This document shows, in pieces, positions 1 through 9,360 of a stretch of 64,000 nucleotides of DNA. The stretch lies in the NCBI GenBank assembly GCA_041661745.1, contig JBAZTR010000001.1:15740-79739 (forward strand), in the 5' to 3' direction. The position numbers were made by a program, and so were the translations under genes. Under the pieces are notes generated by a model. That model ran no database searches, was not told where the DNA came from, and saw only the letters and a program-made list of their open reading frames with translations. The first letter of the stretch is position 1; the number at the start of each line of letters is the position of its first letter. The stretch comes from Patescibacteria group bacterium (GTDB taxonomy: Bacteria > Patescibacteriota > Patescibacteriia > UBA9934 > GWF2-40-263).

Positions 1-556
1 GTTTGAGCTCTTTTTGTAGAGCTTTTTTGGCGCGATGCAGTAAGGTGGCCACCGAACCAGTTGGCATGCGTAGAATATCAGAAATTTCTTGATAACTTTT
101 TTCTTCAAAATAACGGAGAATAACGGCATCGCGATATTTTTTGGAAATTTTTGGCAGAGCTGCGGCCAATTCATCGGCTTCAATTTTTACATCTAACTCT
201 TTTTCAATATTGGTTTCGGAATCAAGGGTTAAAAAAGTTTTTTCCGGATCTTCAACATAGTGTCCGTATGGCCGTAAACTTTTTTTCCGAAAAAAGCTCA
301 TGGTTTCGTTGTGAGTAATGCGATAAATCCATGAGGAGAACGAAAGAGAGTCGTCGAATTCTTGTAAATTCTTATAAACTTTAATAAAGACATCCTGCAA
401 GATATCCTCGACTTCTTCTTTTTGAAACACGCCCAAACGCCTGATGTATCGGCTTAAGCGTTCTTGGTAGCGCGCCACGATGACGGAGAAAAGAAAGCGC
501 TCGTTAATGGACCCTTTAGCCGCTTCTTCATCCGTTAATTCTGCCAATTTTCGCAT
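1..556 (-). CDS. RNA polymerase ECF-type sigma-70 factor (5' part in window; gene continues beyond position 1)
   Basis: Reverse-strand translation from ATG (complement of cat at 554-556) reads MRKLAELTDEEAAKGSINERF...QEFDDSLSFSSWIYRITHNETMSFFRKK...KYRDAVILRYFEEKSYQEISDILRMPTGSVATLLHRAKK. This matches sigma-70 region 2 and the region-4 HTH typical of ECF sigma factors. A TATAAT on the minus strand lies at plus coordinates 566-571, just upstream. Confidence 0.8.
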   Translation of the reverse strand, partial: MRKLAELTDEEAAKGSINERFLFSVIVARYQERLSRYIRRLGVFQKEEVEDILQDVFIKVYKNLQEFDDSLSFSSWIYRITHNETMSFFRKKSLRPYGHYVEDPEKTFLTLDSETNIEKELDVKIEADELAAALPKISKKYRDAVILRYFEEKSYQEISDILRMPTGSVATLLHRAKKALQKELK

Positions 557-687
557 AGACCTATGTATTATACGCCTATTTTTGTTTTTTGTTTCAAAAT
601 TGCCTTTTGAAAGAATTTTGGCCGGCGTGGGTATTAATAACAGAAGCGCGCTTTAACAAATAAAAAAATAATTTTTCCTTTAAAATT

Positions 688-1365
688 ATGCGAAAAAACA
701 AAATCACCACTGGTTTGGCCCTGCTTGGCGTACTCGGCATGTCCGCGGCAGCGCCAAGTGTTTATGCCTCAGACTCCGCTTCTGATTCTGTTTCGGACGA
801 GCCTTCAACGGTTTTTTTAGGTGAGTTTGGCCCTGGTTCTGGCCATGACTCTAAATGGGAAGGGAAAAAGCATCGCGGCCCTGGTCCGGGTGGCCCCATG
901 ACAGCCGAGGAAATTGAGGAAATGTCGACAATTTTAGCTAATAATGATTTTGCTGCGTTTTTAGAAAAAATGAGTGAAAACGCTCCGGCCGATGCTCCGA
1001 TTATGACCGATGAACATATAGCCGAAATGCAGACCAGATTCGCTCACATGATCGAGCTTTACAATAATGGTGAGCTGCCCGGTGATCCGCTGACTGGCGT
1101 TCCCTCGGCTGACGGACGTGGAGCGCACGGCCGCGGCCCGGGCGGCCCGCCGATAAAAAACCAGGCTGACCTAGCCACAGTTTTGGCCAATGATGATTTT
1201 GACGCTTATCTTGACCTGTTACAGGAAAATCGTCCGGCCGAGGCACCGGTTTTGACTGACGAGATGCTCCAAAAGATGCAAAACCATTTTGATCGAATGG
1301 TTGAACGTTATAAAAACGGGGAAATGCCATGGCAACAACCGTCCGCTCCGGTCGAGGCGGAATAA
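688..1365 (+). CDS. secreted hypothetical protein with signal peptide and an internal tandem duplication of about 70 aa
   Basis: N-terminus MRKNKITTGLALLGVLGMSAAAPSVYA is a signal peptide. Two homologous units: GPGGPMTAEEIEEMSTILANNDFAAFLEKMSENAPADAPIMTDEHIAEMQTRFAHMIELYNNGELP and GPGGPPIKNQADLATVLANDDFDAYLDLLQENRPAEAPVLTDEMLQKMQNHFDRMVERYKNGEMP. Confidence 0.6.
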   Translation: MRKNKITTGLALLGVLGMSAAAPSVYASDSASDSVSDEPSTVFLGEFGPGSGHDSKWEGKKHRGPGPGGPMTAEEIEEMSTILANNDFAAFLEKMSENAPADAPIMTDEHIAEMQTRFAHMIELYNNGELPGDPLTGVPSADGRGAHGRGPGGPPIKNQADLATVLANDDFDAYLDLLQENRPAEAPVLTDEMLQKMQNHFDRMVERYKNGEMPWQQPSAPVEAE

Positions 1366-1487
1366 TAACCAAGCGGGGAGATTTTCTTCCCCCGCCTTCC
1401 TAACCCTCTTACATTCGTTTGCGCCACCCCTTATCCAAGGGAAACGAAAAAGAGGGTTAAGAAGGCGGAATTTTTAGAAAAATATAT

Positions 1488-3425
1488 ATGATAAGAAAAA
1501 TTTTGGCGCAAATTAAGAAACGAAAAAAAACTTTCGTTGTTTTGGTTGTGTTTCTGTCAATCGGCGTTGTTTGGACCGTGAGAGCCATGGGAGGCGACAC
1601 AACTGAAACACGTTACTATTTATCAACTGTGGAAAAGGGAACTGTTTCTACGGTTGTCTCTGGCAGCGGCCAAGTTTACGGTAATGACCAAATTGAATTA
1701 AATGCGGAAGTTTCAGGAAAAGTGACGCAGGTTTTAGTCGCTAATAATCAGACTGTCGCCGAAGGGGCGACGCTTGCCACGATTAGTAGTACCTCGGCGT
1801 ATCAGTCGGTTCGTAGTGCTTCAGCCGCTTTGGAAAGTGCTAAGTTGGATTTGGAAGAACTGAAATCACCGACCGACAGTTTGTCTTTGTTGCAAGCCAA
1901 AAACGCTTTGGCACAAGCCAAACGAACCCTCGCCGGTCTTCAGCCGACTGACGAGGAAATTGAGGATGCCGAACAAGCTGTGGAAAAAGCCGAGCGTGAT
2001 TTGCAAGAAATAACTCTAACCTCCGAACAAGATGTTTCTTCGGCGATCGAAGAGGGTTATAACGCCGTGGTTTCGGCTTTCTTGGAATTGCCGGGAATCA
2101 AAAACGATTTAGCCGATCTTCTCGGTACAGCCAATAGTGTCGAAGAATATGTCGGGTTCTACGAATTATTAGTTGGTTCAGATTATACCGAAAAATTATT
2201 GATTGATTATTATTTAGCTGAAGAAAAATTAAATGCCGCCTTAGCAGATTATAATGATGCTAATTTATCCAGTGACAGCGAAGTTAAAACAGAATTATCC
2301 GAGAAAACCCTTGAGGCAGCCAAGGCGCTTTCTAACGCGTTTACTGATGCTCAAAACATGTTGGATGCCATTGAATCCGAAGATTACGATCGTTCCGCGG
2401 CCGCCAGCGTTATTGATGAAATGTCCCCGATTATTTCTTCCGATATCCTTTCTATCAACTCTATTGTTTCTTCGATTCAAACCTCGGTCGATACTATTGA
2501 ACGAGTCAACCTGACTTCGCCATACGATTTATCCGATGCCGAGGACACCTTGTCCGACGCTAAGGAAACTTTGGCTGAATTGAAAGACGGTCCCGAGGCT
2601 GATGATTTAGCCAAAGCCGAAGAAGATGTGGCGGAAAAGACACAACAGTTAGCTGATTTGGAAGCCGGAGCAACGGTCGCAGAAATCGAGGCACAGGAAA
2701 TTGTTGTGGCCCAAAAACAAAATGATTTAACCGAAGCCTACGAAGAACTGGCAAAATACACCATTAAAGCACCAGTCGCCGGCGCTGTCGCCGGACTTTC
2801 AATTAAAAGAGGCGACACTCTTTCCTCGGGAACTACGGTGGCCACGATTGTGTCCGATCAAAAAGTGGCGGTGATTTCTTTGAACGAAGTTGATGTGGCT
2901 AAAGTTAAAGTTGGTAACAAAGTTACTTTATCTTTTGACGCGATTGAAGACTTGGAAATTTCCGGCACAGTCGTTGATGTCGACATGATCGGCAGTACCA
3001 CGCAAAGCGTGGTGACTTATGATGTTCACATTGCTTTTGATACACAAGATGAGCGAATTCTTCCAGGAATGAGCGTGACGGCCGATATTATCACTGATGC
3101 CAAGGTTGATGTCTTAGTTATTGATAATGGAGCAATTGAAAGTCAGGGCGATATTTATTATGTGAATAAATTTGACAAAACATACACAGAAACAGAGATG
3201 ACTGAGGGAATTGTTTCGTCTACTGCGCCCACAGCGACGCAAGTGGAAATTGGTTTGGCCGGTGACACCCAAACAGAAATTATTTCCGGTTTAAGTGAAG
3301 GCGATCAGGTGGTTGTTCGCACCTCAACCAATTCAAGCAGTAGTGCCAGTTCTTCCAGTACTTCCTCGGCGGCCAGTCTATTCGGTACCGGTGGCGGCCC
3401 GGGCGGCGGTATGCCACCGGATTAA
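1488..3425 (+). CDS. HlyD-family periplasmic adaptor (MacA-like) with long coiled-coil insert and a Ser/Gly-rich C-terminal tail
   Basis: N-terminal membrane anchor (FVVLVVFLSIGVVW). It has lipoyl/beta-barrel type segments (GTVSTVVSGSGQV, IKAPVAGAVAGLSIKRGD), a long helical middle and a tail ...SSSSASSSSTSSAASLFGTGGGPGGGMPPD. It lies immediately upstream of an ABC ATPase and an FtsX-type permease. Confidence 0.75.
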   Translation: MIRKILAQIKKRKKTFVVLVVFLSIGVVWTVRAMGGDTTETRYYLSTVEKGTVSTVVSGSGQVYGNDQIELNAEVSGKVTQVLVANNQTVAEGATLATISSTSAYQSVRSASAALESAKLDLEELKSPTDSLSLLQAKNALAQAKRTLAGLQPTDEEIEDAEQAVEKAERDLQEITLTSEQDVSSAIEEGYNAVVSAFLELPGIKNDLADLLGTANSVEEYVGFYELLVGSDYTEKLLIDYYLAEEKLNAALADYNDANLSSDSEVKTELSEKTLEAAKALSNAFTDAQNMLDAIESEDYDRSAAASVIDEMSPIISSDILSINSIVSSIQTSVDTIERVNLTSPYDLSDAEDTLSDAKETLAELKDGPEADDLAKAEEDVAEKTQQLADLEAGATVAEIEAQEIVVAQKQNDLTEAYEELAKYTIKAPVAGAVAGLSIKRGDTLSSGTTVATIVSDQKVAVISLNEVDVAKVKVGNKVTLSFDAIEDLEISGTVVDVDMIGSTTQSVVTYDVHIAFDTQDERILPGMSVTADIITDAKVDVLVIDNGAIESQGDIYYVNKFDKTYTETEMTEGIVSSTAPTATQVEIGLAGDTQTEIISGLSEGDQVVVRTSTNSSSSASSSSTSSAASLFGTGGGPGGGMPPD

Positions 3426-3426
3426 T

Positions 3427-4134
3427 ATGATTGAAATTAAAAACATCTCCAAAAAATACGAAACTGGCGGAACAGATTATTTAGCGTTAGACGACGTCAG
3501 TTTTAAGATTGAAGACGGTGAGTTCGTGGCTATTATGGGGCCGTCCGGTTCTGGTAAGTCGACACTTATGCATATCTTGGGGGCGTTAGACACACCAACC
3601 TCTGGTTCGTATTTTCTCAACGGTCAGGATGTTTCTTCGTTAAGCGAAGACGAACTGGCCGATATTCGTAAAGATAAAATCGGTTTTGTTTTTCAGTCTT
3701 TCAACTTACTGCCGCGCACCAGCGTATTGCGCAACGCCATGCTGCCTCTGGTTTATGCGGAAATGGACAAAGACGAACGAGTGAAAACTGCCAAAAGTTC
3801 CTTGCGGGCTACTGGCTTGGACGAGGATCACTTTGGTCATATGTCCAACCAACTTTCCGGCGGACAGATTCAACGTGTAGCCATTGCTCGAGCTTTAGTT
3901 AATAACCCGACCCTTATTTTGGCCGATGAACCGACCGGCAACCTTGATTCCAAAACCGGCGAAATTGTCTTGGCCACCTTTCAACAGTTGAACGAAGAAA
4001 AGAAACGCACAATTATTTTAATTACTCACGAACCTGATGTAGCCGAACACGCCAAAAGAATTATTTTAATTAAAGACGGTAAACTGGTCAGCGACAAAAA
4101 AAATCACGATCGTCGCATTGCCCCTCACCCCTAA
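3427..4134 (+). CDS. ABC transporter ATP-binding protein (MacB/LolD/FtsE-like)
   Basis: Walker [10 protein letters not shown], signature [15 protein letters not shown], Walker [12 protein letters not shown] and H-loop ITHEP. ATG at 3427 sits 1 nt after the HlyD stop. The ORF-track extension back to 3295 is a finder artefact. Confidence 0.9.
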   Translation: MIEIKNISKKYETGGTDYLALDDVSFKIEDGEFVAIMGPSGSGKSTLMHILGALDTPTSGSYFLNGQDVSSLSEDELADIRKDKIGFVFQSFNLLPRTSVLRNAMLPLVYAEMDKDERVKTAKSSLRATGLDEDHFGHMSNQLSGGQIQRVAIARALVNNPTLILADEPTGNLDSKTGEIVLATFQQLNEEKKRTIILITHEPDVAEHAKRIILIKDGKLVSDKKNHDRRIAPHP

Positions 4135-4166
4135 CCCCTCTCCCAGAGTGAGAGGGGGAAAAAACT

Positions 4167-5393
4167 ATGATTTTTTCTGATGTCTTAGAGGAAACCTTCT
4201 TTGCTTTATCAGCCAACAAAGTTCGTTCAGGCCTGACGGTTTTAGGTATTGTTATTGGTATTAGTTCGGTTATTGCCATGACAGCTATTGGCCAAGGAGC
4301 GCAGAATTCCGTGGCTTCGAGCATTGAATCTGCTGGCTCAAATTTGATTATGGTTAGGCCCGGGGCTTCACGCAGTATGGGGGCAGGGGTTAGTTCGGGC
4401 ATGGGCTCGGCCAGTACTTTGACCTTGGATGATGCTGAGGCTATTGCCGCCGAGGTTTCGGATATCGAGGCCGTGGCCCCTGAAAATTCCAGCCGTTATC
4501 AAGTTACAGCCAAGGGTACCAACACTAATACTTCGGTTGATGGCGTAACCGCCACCTATTTAGAAGTAAAAAGTTTGGAAATTGCCGATGGTTCTTTTAT
4601 TACCGAACAAAATATAAAAAGCAGTTCCAAGGTGGCGGTGTTAGGTCCAACCGTTCGTGATGATCTTTTTGGTGAAGATGCCACTGACGTGATCGGCCAA
4701 AGTGTTCGTATCAACAGTATTGAATTCAAAGTTATCGGCATAACCGAGGCCGAGGGCGGCACCGGTTTTGGTAGCCAAGACGACATAATTTATATTCCTA
4801 TTAGTACGGCCCAAAAATATTTATCTGGCAGCGAAACTGTCAGTACTATCAATATTAAAGCCTCGAGCTCGGAGGTTATGACTTCGGTTCAGGAAGAGGT
4901 TACTAGTCTTTTGTTGACTAGACATGATATTAGCGACTCGGCCTCGGCTGATTTTTCTGTAATGAACCAAGCCGACATTATTGAAACGGCTTCCAGTGTT
5001 ACTTCAACTTTTACCACGCTTCTTGCTGCCGTGGCTGCCATTTCACTTTTGGTCGGCGGTATCGGTATTATGAACATGATGTTGACCAGTGTTACTGAAC
5101 GCACCAAAGAAATCGGTTTGCGTAAAGCCATTGGCGCCAAGCGTCGCGAAATCAGTTTACAGTTTTTGACCGAGTCGGTCGTTTTGACCATGCTCGGAGG
5201 GACATTGGGAGTAATCTTAGGTTGGTTAATTTCTTTTATTCTATCGACTTTTAATATCGTGGCTGCCGAAGTTTCGTGGTATTCGGTAATTTTATCTTTT
5301 GTCGTTTCCGCGGCTATTGGTATTGTCTTCGGTTATTATCCGGCTCGCCGGGCGGCCGGTTTGAATCCAATTGTCGCTTTAAGATATGAATAA
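4167..5393 (+). CDS. ABC transporter permease, FtsX/MacB-type (N-terminal TM, large extracytoplasmic domain, C-terminal 3 TM)
   Basis: 408 aa. N-terminal TM LTVLGIVIGISSVIAM is followed by a periplasmic domain of about 200 aa. The C-terminal FtsX-like block is LLAAVAAISLLVGGIGIMNMMLTSVTERTKEIGLRKAIGAKRREI. Confidence 0.85.
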   Translation: MIFSDVLEETFFALSANKVRSGLTVLGIVIGISSVIAMTAIGQGAQNSVASSIESAGSNLIMVRPGASRSMGAGVSSGMGSASTLTLDDAEAIAAEVSDIEAVAPENSSRYQVTAKGTNTNTSVDGVTATYLEVKSLEIADGSFITEQNIKSSSKVAVLGPTVRDDLFGEDATDVIGQSVRINSIEFKVIGITEAEGGTGFGSQDDIIYIPISTAQKYLSGSETVSTINIKASSSEVMTSVQEEVTSLLLTRHDISDSASADFSVMNQADIIETASSVTSTFTTLLAAVAAISLLVGGIGIMNMMLTSVTERTKEIGLRKAIGAKRREISLQFLTESVVLTMLGGTLGVILGWLISFILSTFNIVAAEVSWYSVILSFVVSAAIGIVFGYYPARRAAGLNPIVALRYE

Positions 5394-5414
5394 TAATTAA
5401 TTTATAAAAAAATT

Positions 5415-5825
5415 ATGCAAAATAAAATTATTGCGATTGTTCTCGGGGTGATCGTTGTGGCCGGTCTGTCATTTTTTGGTGGTATGAAGTACGGACAAAT
5501 GAGTGGTGGCGGTTTTGGTGGGGGAATGCCACCAGATGGGATGGCCTTTAGTGGCGGCGTGCCGGATTTAAATAGTGAGGTTTCAATACGAAAGATCGGC
5601 CAAGGCGGCGGTTTGATTGCCGGGGAGATCATTTCTATTGGTGAAAATAATCTGACAATTGAAATGTTCGACGGTGGTTCAAAAACCGTATATTGGTCCG
5701 ATTCGACGGAAGTCACCAAAGCCACGGCCGGAGCAACAACTGATTTGATTGTCGGGGCTCAAGTGACGGTCACTGGTAGTGAAAGTAACGGAACAACAAC
5801 AGCTAAGACGATTCAAATAAAATAG
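5415..5825 (+). CDS. small secreted Gly-rich hypothetical protein
   Basis: Signal/TM MQNKIIAIVLGVIVVAGLSFFGG is followed by GGGFGGGMPPDGMAF, which shares the GGGMPPD motif with the C-terminus of the upstream HlyD-like protein. Confidence 0.55.
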   Translation: MQNKIIAIVLGVIVVAGLSFFGGMKYGQMSGGGFGGGMPPDGMAFSGGVPDLNSEVSIRKIGQGGGLIAGEIISIGENNLTIEMFDGGSKTVYWSDSTEVTKATAGATTDLIVGAQVTVTGSESNGTTTAKTIQIK

Positions 5826-5848
5826 TTTAGAAGCAAGTAAGACAAAAA

Positions 5849-5877
5849 ACACTCCAAACCAATGGAGTGTTTTTTTA
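5849..5877 (+). terminator. rho-independent terminator
   Basis: Hairpin acactcca-aaccaa-tggagtgt is followed by TTTTTTT. Confidence 0.6.
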
Positions 5878-6220
5878 TAGTCCGTTCGCGGCCTGATTTG
5901 GCTCATATAAACAGTCGGTACCTTTCTTGAAGTTATTTCAATGAGGCCGATGCAGCGTCTTTGTGCGGATAGTCTTGCGACCAAAGGCGTTCGACGCAGA
6001 TGATTTTCCCGAATAAACGGGATAACGCGGGGTTCTGATACCGCCGCCAAAGCAACGATAATTCCAAACCCATGAACCAAATTAGCCCAAAACAGTACCG
6101 CGAACTGGACAATTTTATGGTATCATATTAAGGGTTTGGAAGGGAGAGGAAGGGTCGGAAAGCGAACCCCTCGACTCCGAGACGTCGCTCGGGGCCTTCG
6201 GGGGGGGGACGAAGGGTTTT

Positions 6221-6859
6221 ATGAAAATAAAAAAAATAGTTTTTTACAGCTTTACTTTTGTTGTTTTCGCAATAATTGTTTTGTTTTTCGTTTCGCAATT
6301 TTTAGTTTGGCGAGCGGCTGAAGGAAAAATGTTTTCAGTGGCGGCAGCACCAAGTGAAACCGTGGTAATTGTCCCCGGGGCCAGTGTTCTTCGTTCTGGT
6401 CAGCCCTCGGATATGTTGGCCGATCGTTTGTTGACAGCAATCGATTTGTATCAGGCTGGTAAAGTTAGAAAGTTTTTGTTATCGGGCGATCATGGGCGAA
6501 CCGACTACGATGAAGTCGAGGCGATGCGCGAATATTTGTTAGCGCGTGATATTCCCGACGAAGATATTGTTCTCGACCACGCCGGTTTCGATACTTATGA
6601 CACCATGGTCAGGGCCCATGAAATTTTTCAACTTGAGGCAGTTCTGGTTGTCTCACAGACTTATCATTTGTCGCGAATAATTTATATTGGTGAAAATAAC
6701 GATATGGAGGTTTATGGTGTGTCAGCCGATCGTCAGACTTACGTTAAAATTGAATATTTTAAACTTAGAGAATCTTTAGCCAGAGTTAAAGCCGTTCTGA
6801 ACGTTTGGTTCAACAGTTCACCAAAGTATTTGGGTGAACCTATTCCCATTGTTTTTTAA
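6221..6859 (+). CDS. DUF218 family protein (SanA/YdcF/ElyC-like)
   Basis: N-terminal TM, then VVIVPGASV...LLSGDHGRTDYDEVEAMREYLLARDIP...VLDHAGFDTYDTM, the typical DUF218 motif pattern. Confidence 0.8.
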   Translation: MKIKKIVFYSFTFVVFAIIVLFFVSQFLVWRAAEGKMFSVAAAPSETVVIVPGASVLRSGQPSDMLADRLLTAIDLYQAGKVRKFLLSGDHGRTDYDEVEAMREYLLARDIPDEDIVLDHAGFDTYDTMVRAHEIFQLEAVLVVSQTYHLSRIIYIGENNDMEVYGVSADRQTYVKIEYFKLRESLARVKAVLNVWFNSSPKYLGEPIPIVF

Positions 6860-6865
6860 AAATTT

Positions 6866-9310
6866 ATGAAGTATCGCGGTTTAACTTCCAACGAAGCCAA
6901 AAAAAATAAAGGGCGTTTTGGTGCTAATGTTTTACCGGAAGAAAAATTTGCTTCTGGTTTATCGATGTTTTTATCACAGTTTGCCAACCCATTAGTTTAT
7001 GTTTTGCTGGCGATTGGGGTTGTTTCGCTTATTGCCCAAAAACCCAGTGACGCAATTTTTATTTTTTTGGTGGTTTTTTTAAATTCAATTTTTGGTTTTA
7101 CTCAAGAATATAAAACTCAAAGAACTTTAATTGCCTTAAAGCGTATTGTTAAACCAAAAGCTCGAGTTATCCGTGATGGTCTGCGTCAAGAAATCGAGGC
7201 AATTGATTTGGTTCCAGGAGATGTTGTTCTTTTGGGGATTGGCGATCGCGTGCCGGCCGACGGGGCGATTCTGGAAGCCTCGTCTTTTTTTGCCGATGAA
7301 GCCATTTTAACCGGTGAAAGTGAGTCAATGGAAAAAAAGAAAGATGATTTGGTTTTTATGGGGACGATTGTAGCCTGGGGTACGGCGGTCATACAGATTA
7401 AAAAAACCGGCGCGGGCACCAAGATCGGCGAAATTGCCAAAATTATAAAAGAAACCATCCCCCTGCCGACAATTTTACAAGTCCGCCTTAAAAAATTGGT
7501 GCGAGGCATTATTTTTATTGGATTTTTTCTGTGTACTTTGGCACTTATCGTCGGTCTTTATGTTGGTTATGATTTTTGGGAAATCTTTGAAATCATTGCT
7601 GTTTTACTCGCAGCTATTTTGCCCGAAGCTTTGACCATTGCCGTGACGCTTATTTTGGTTTTGGCCATGCAAAAAATGCTTAAACGTAAAGCTTTAGTTA
7701 GAAAACTTTTAGCCGTGGAAACTTTAGGTTCGGTTTCGACCATCTGCATCGATAAAACCGGAACTTTAACCGAAGGAAAGATGCGGGTGACTAAAACCGA
7801 TTTCACCGATCATACTCGAGCCCTGACAACCCTGTGTCTTTGTAATAACCTTTCCAACCCAACCGAGCTGGCTTTGTGGGATTTTCTTTCAGAGCAAAAA
7901 AACTTTTTATCCCAAGAAATTTTCGATAGCCATACTAGATTTTTTGAAGTGCCTTTTAGTGGTCAACATAAATTTATGGCTACGGCCAATTGTCCGCCGC
8001 TCGGCGACGATTGTGCTTTGTATGTTAAGGGCGCCCCGGAAATCGTGGCGGCCATGTGTGGACTGTCGGCCGGTGAAACTAAAAAGATTTTGCAAAAAGT
8101 CGAGCGTTGGGGCAAAGACGGTCTGCGAATTTTGGCTTTGGCCGCCTGTCCCATTTCCAAAGATTCTGTCAAAAAGTTGGGAATAAAATCAATTCCTAAA
8201 CTTGAATGGCTAGGCTTAGTCGCATTATGGGATCCACCGCGAAAAGAGGTAAGGGAAACCCTGGCTATAGCCAGCCAGGCCGGCATTAAAATTAAAGTCA
8301 TTACCGGCGACTATCGTTATACGGCGGAAAAAATAATGAGCTTTTTGGGTTTTGAAATTAAAGCCGGCGGCCTGATAGAAGGTCATGAATTGGAAAGACT
8401 GTCTGATAAAGATTTAAAAGTCCGAGTAACTGATGCAGTTTTATTTACTCGGGTTACGCCGGAGCAAAAATTAAGAATAGTCTCGGCTTTACAGGAACTT
8501 GGTGAGGTGGTGGCCATGACTGGCGACGGCGTTAATGACGCTCCAGCTCTTAAAAAAGCCGATATTGGCATTGTTGTTGGCGAGGCTTCGGAAGTTGCCA
8601 AAGAAACCGCCGACATAACTTTGCTCGACAGTAATTTTAAAACCATTGTCGCCGCGGTCGAAGAGGGAAGAGTGGTTTTTGAAAATATTCGCAAGACGGT
8701 TTTTTACATGATGGCCGATTCTTTTTCGGAAATTTCTCTAATTTTAGGTTCGCTCCTACTTGGTTGGCCGTTGCCGCTTTCGGTTCTACAGATTCTTTGG
8801 ATCAATTTAATTTGTGATGGCCCACAAGATATTTTACTTGGTCTAGAACCCAAGGAACGCGAAATTATGGCCGAAGGCCCCAAACGGATAAATGATAAAA
8901 TTCTTAATCGTTTCCATTTTTTTCTAATTATCGTTATCTCTCTACTGGTGGCCGGCTCGGCTCTTTTGTTGTTCTGGTACTTTGGTTTATACCTAGGTGA
9001 TTTGCGTCTGGGTCGCACAATGTCATTCATGATGGTGGTATTGTCTTCAATTCTTTTGGTTATTCCGGTCAGAAGCTTCCGAAAACCTTTTTGGCGTTAC
9101 GAAAACTTTTGGGCCAATCCTTGGCTTTTGATAATCATGTGTTTCAACGCGATTCTTCAGGTCACTATTATTTATCTTCCCATCACACAAAGAATTTTTG
9201 AGCTTCAAGCCCTGCAACTTACCCATTGGATAATTTTATTTTCCTTCGTGGCCATGACAATATTGATTGTTGAAGCAATAAAATGGATGCGCCCGCGGAA
9301 GGTTTGGTAA
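6866..9310 (+). CDS. cation-transporting P-type ATPase (P2-type, Ca2+/Mg2+-like)
   Basis: Phosphorylation motif ICIDKTGTLTEG, hinge motif MTGDGVNDAPALKKADIGI and 814 aa with multiple TM helices at both ends. Confidence 0.9.
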   Translation: MKYRGLTSNEAKKNKGRFGANVLPEEKFASGLSMFLSQFANPLVYVLLAIGVVSLIAQKPSDAIFIFLVVFLNSIFGFTQEYKTQRTLIALKRIVKPKARVIRDGLRQEIEAIDLVPGDVVLLGIGDRVPADGAILEASSFFADEAILTGESESMEKKKDDLVFMGTIVAWGTAVIQIKKTGAGTKIGEIAKIIKETIPLPTILQVRLKKLVRGIIFIGFFLCTLALIVGLYVGYDFWEIFEIIAVLLAAILPEALTIAVTLILVLAMQKMLKRKALVRKLLAVETLGSVSTICIDKTGTLTEGKMRVTKTDFTDHTRALTTLCLCNNLSNPTELALWDFLSEQKNFLSQEIFDSHTRFFEVPFSGQHKFMATANCPPLGDDCALYVKGAPEIVAAMCGLSAGETKKILQKVERWGKDGLRILALAACPISKDSVKKLGIKSIPKLEWLGLVALWDPPRKEVRETLAIASQAGIKIKVITGDYRYTAEKIMSFLGFEIKAGGLIEGHELERLSDKDLKVRVTDAVLFTRVTPEQKLRIVSALQELGEVVAMTGDGVNDAPALKKADIGIVVGEASEVAKETADITLLDSNFKTIVAAVEEGRVVFENIRKTVFYMMADSFSEISLILGSLLLGWPLPLSVLQILWINLICDGPQDILLGLEPKEREIMAEGPKRINDKILNRFHFFLIIVISLLVAGSALLLFWYFGLYLGDLRLGRTMSFMMVVLSSILLVIPVRSFRKPFWRYENFWANPWLLIIMCFNAILQVTIIYLPITQRIFELQALQLTHWIILFSFVAMTILIVEAIKWMRPRKVW

Positions 9311-9327
9311 AATAAAATAAAAACAAA

Positions 9328-9357
9328 ATCCGGCCGGGTTTAGCGGTCGGATTTTTA
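9328..9357. terminator. bidirectional terminator between convergent genes
   Basis: aatccggccgggtttagcggtcggattttt forms a GC hairpin flanked by an A-run and a T-run. Confidence 0.5.
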
Positions 9358-9360
9358 AAT

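Noticed and set aside
1001-1372. 123-aa minus-strand ORF
   Set aside because: It is fully antisense to the well-supported signal-peptide-bearing 688..1365 gene.
3295-3426. Apparent overlap or frameshift between HlyD-like gene and ABC ATPase ORF
   Set aside because: This is only an upstream extension to an in-frame Met in the ORF track. The real start is the ATG at 3427 ([12 protein letters not shown]...), 1 nt after the HlyD stop.
5679-6080. 133-aa minus-strand ORF
   Set aside because: It overlaps the 3' end of the 5415..5825 CDS and its terminator. It has no RBS and an odd composition (CCC, RR runs), so it is most likely a spurious ORF in the long intergenic region.
5878-6220. RNase P RNA, tmRNA or SRP RNA in the long intergenic spacer
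   Set aside because: Searches by eye for AGGAAAGUCCGGGCUCC, the tmRNA tag/tRNA-like end and the SRP domain IV GGUGCUGUUUACC... motifs were negative. It is kept only as a possible leader or sRNA.
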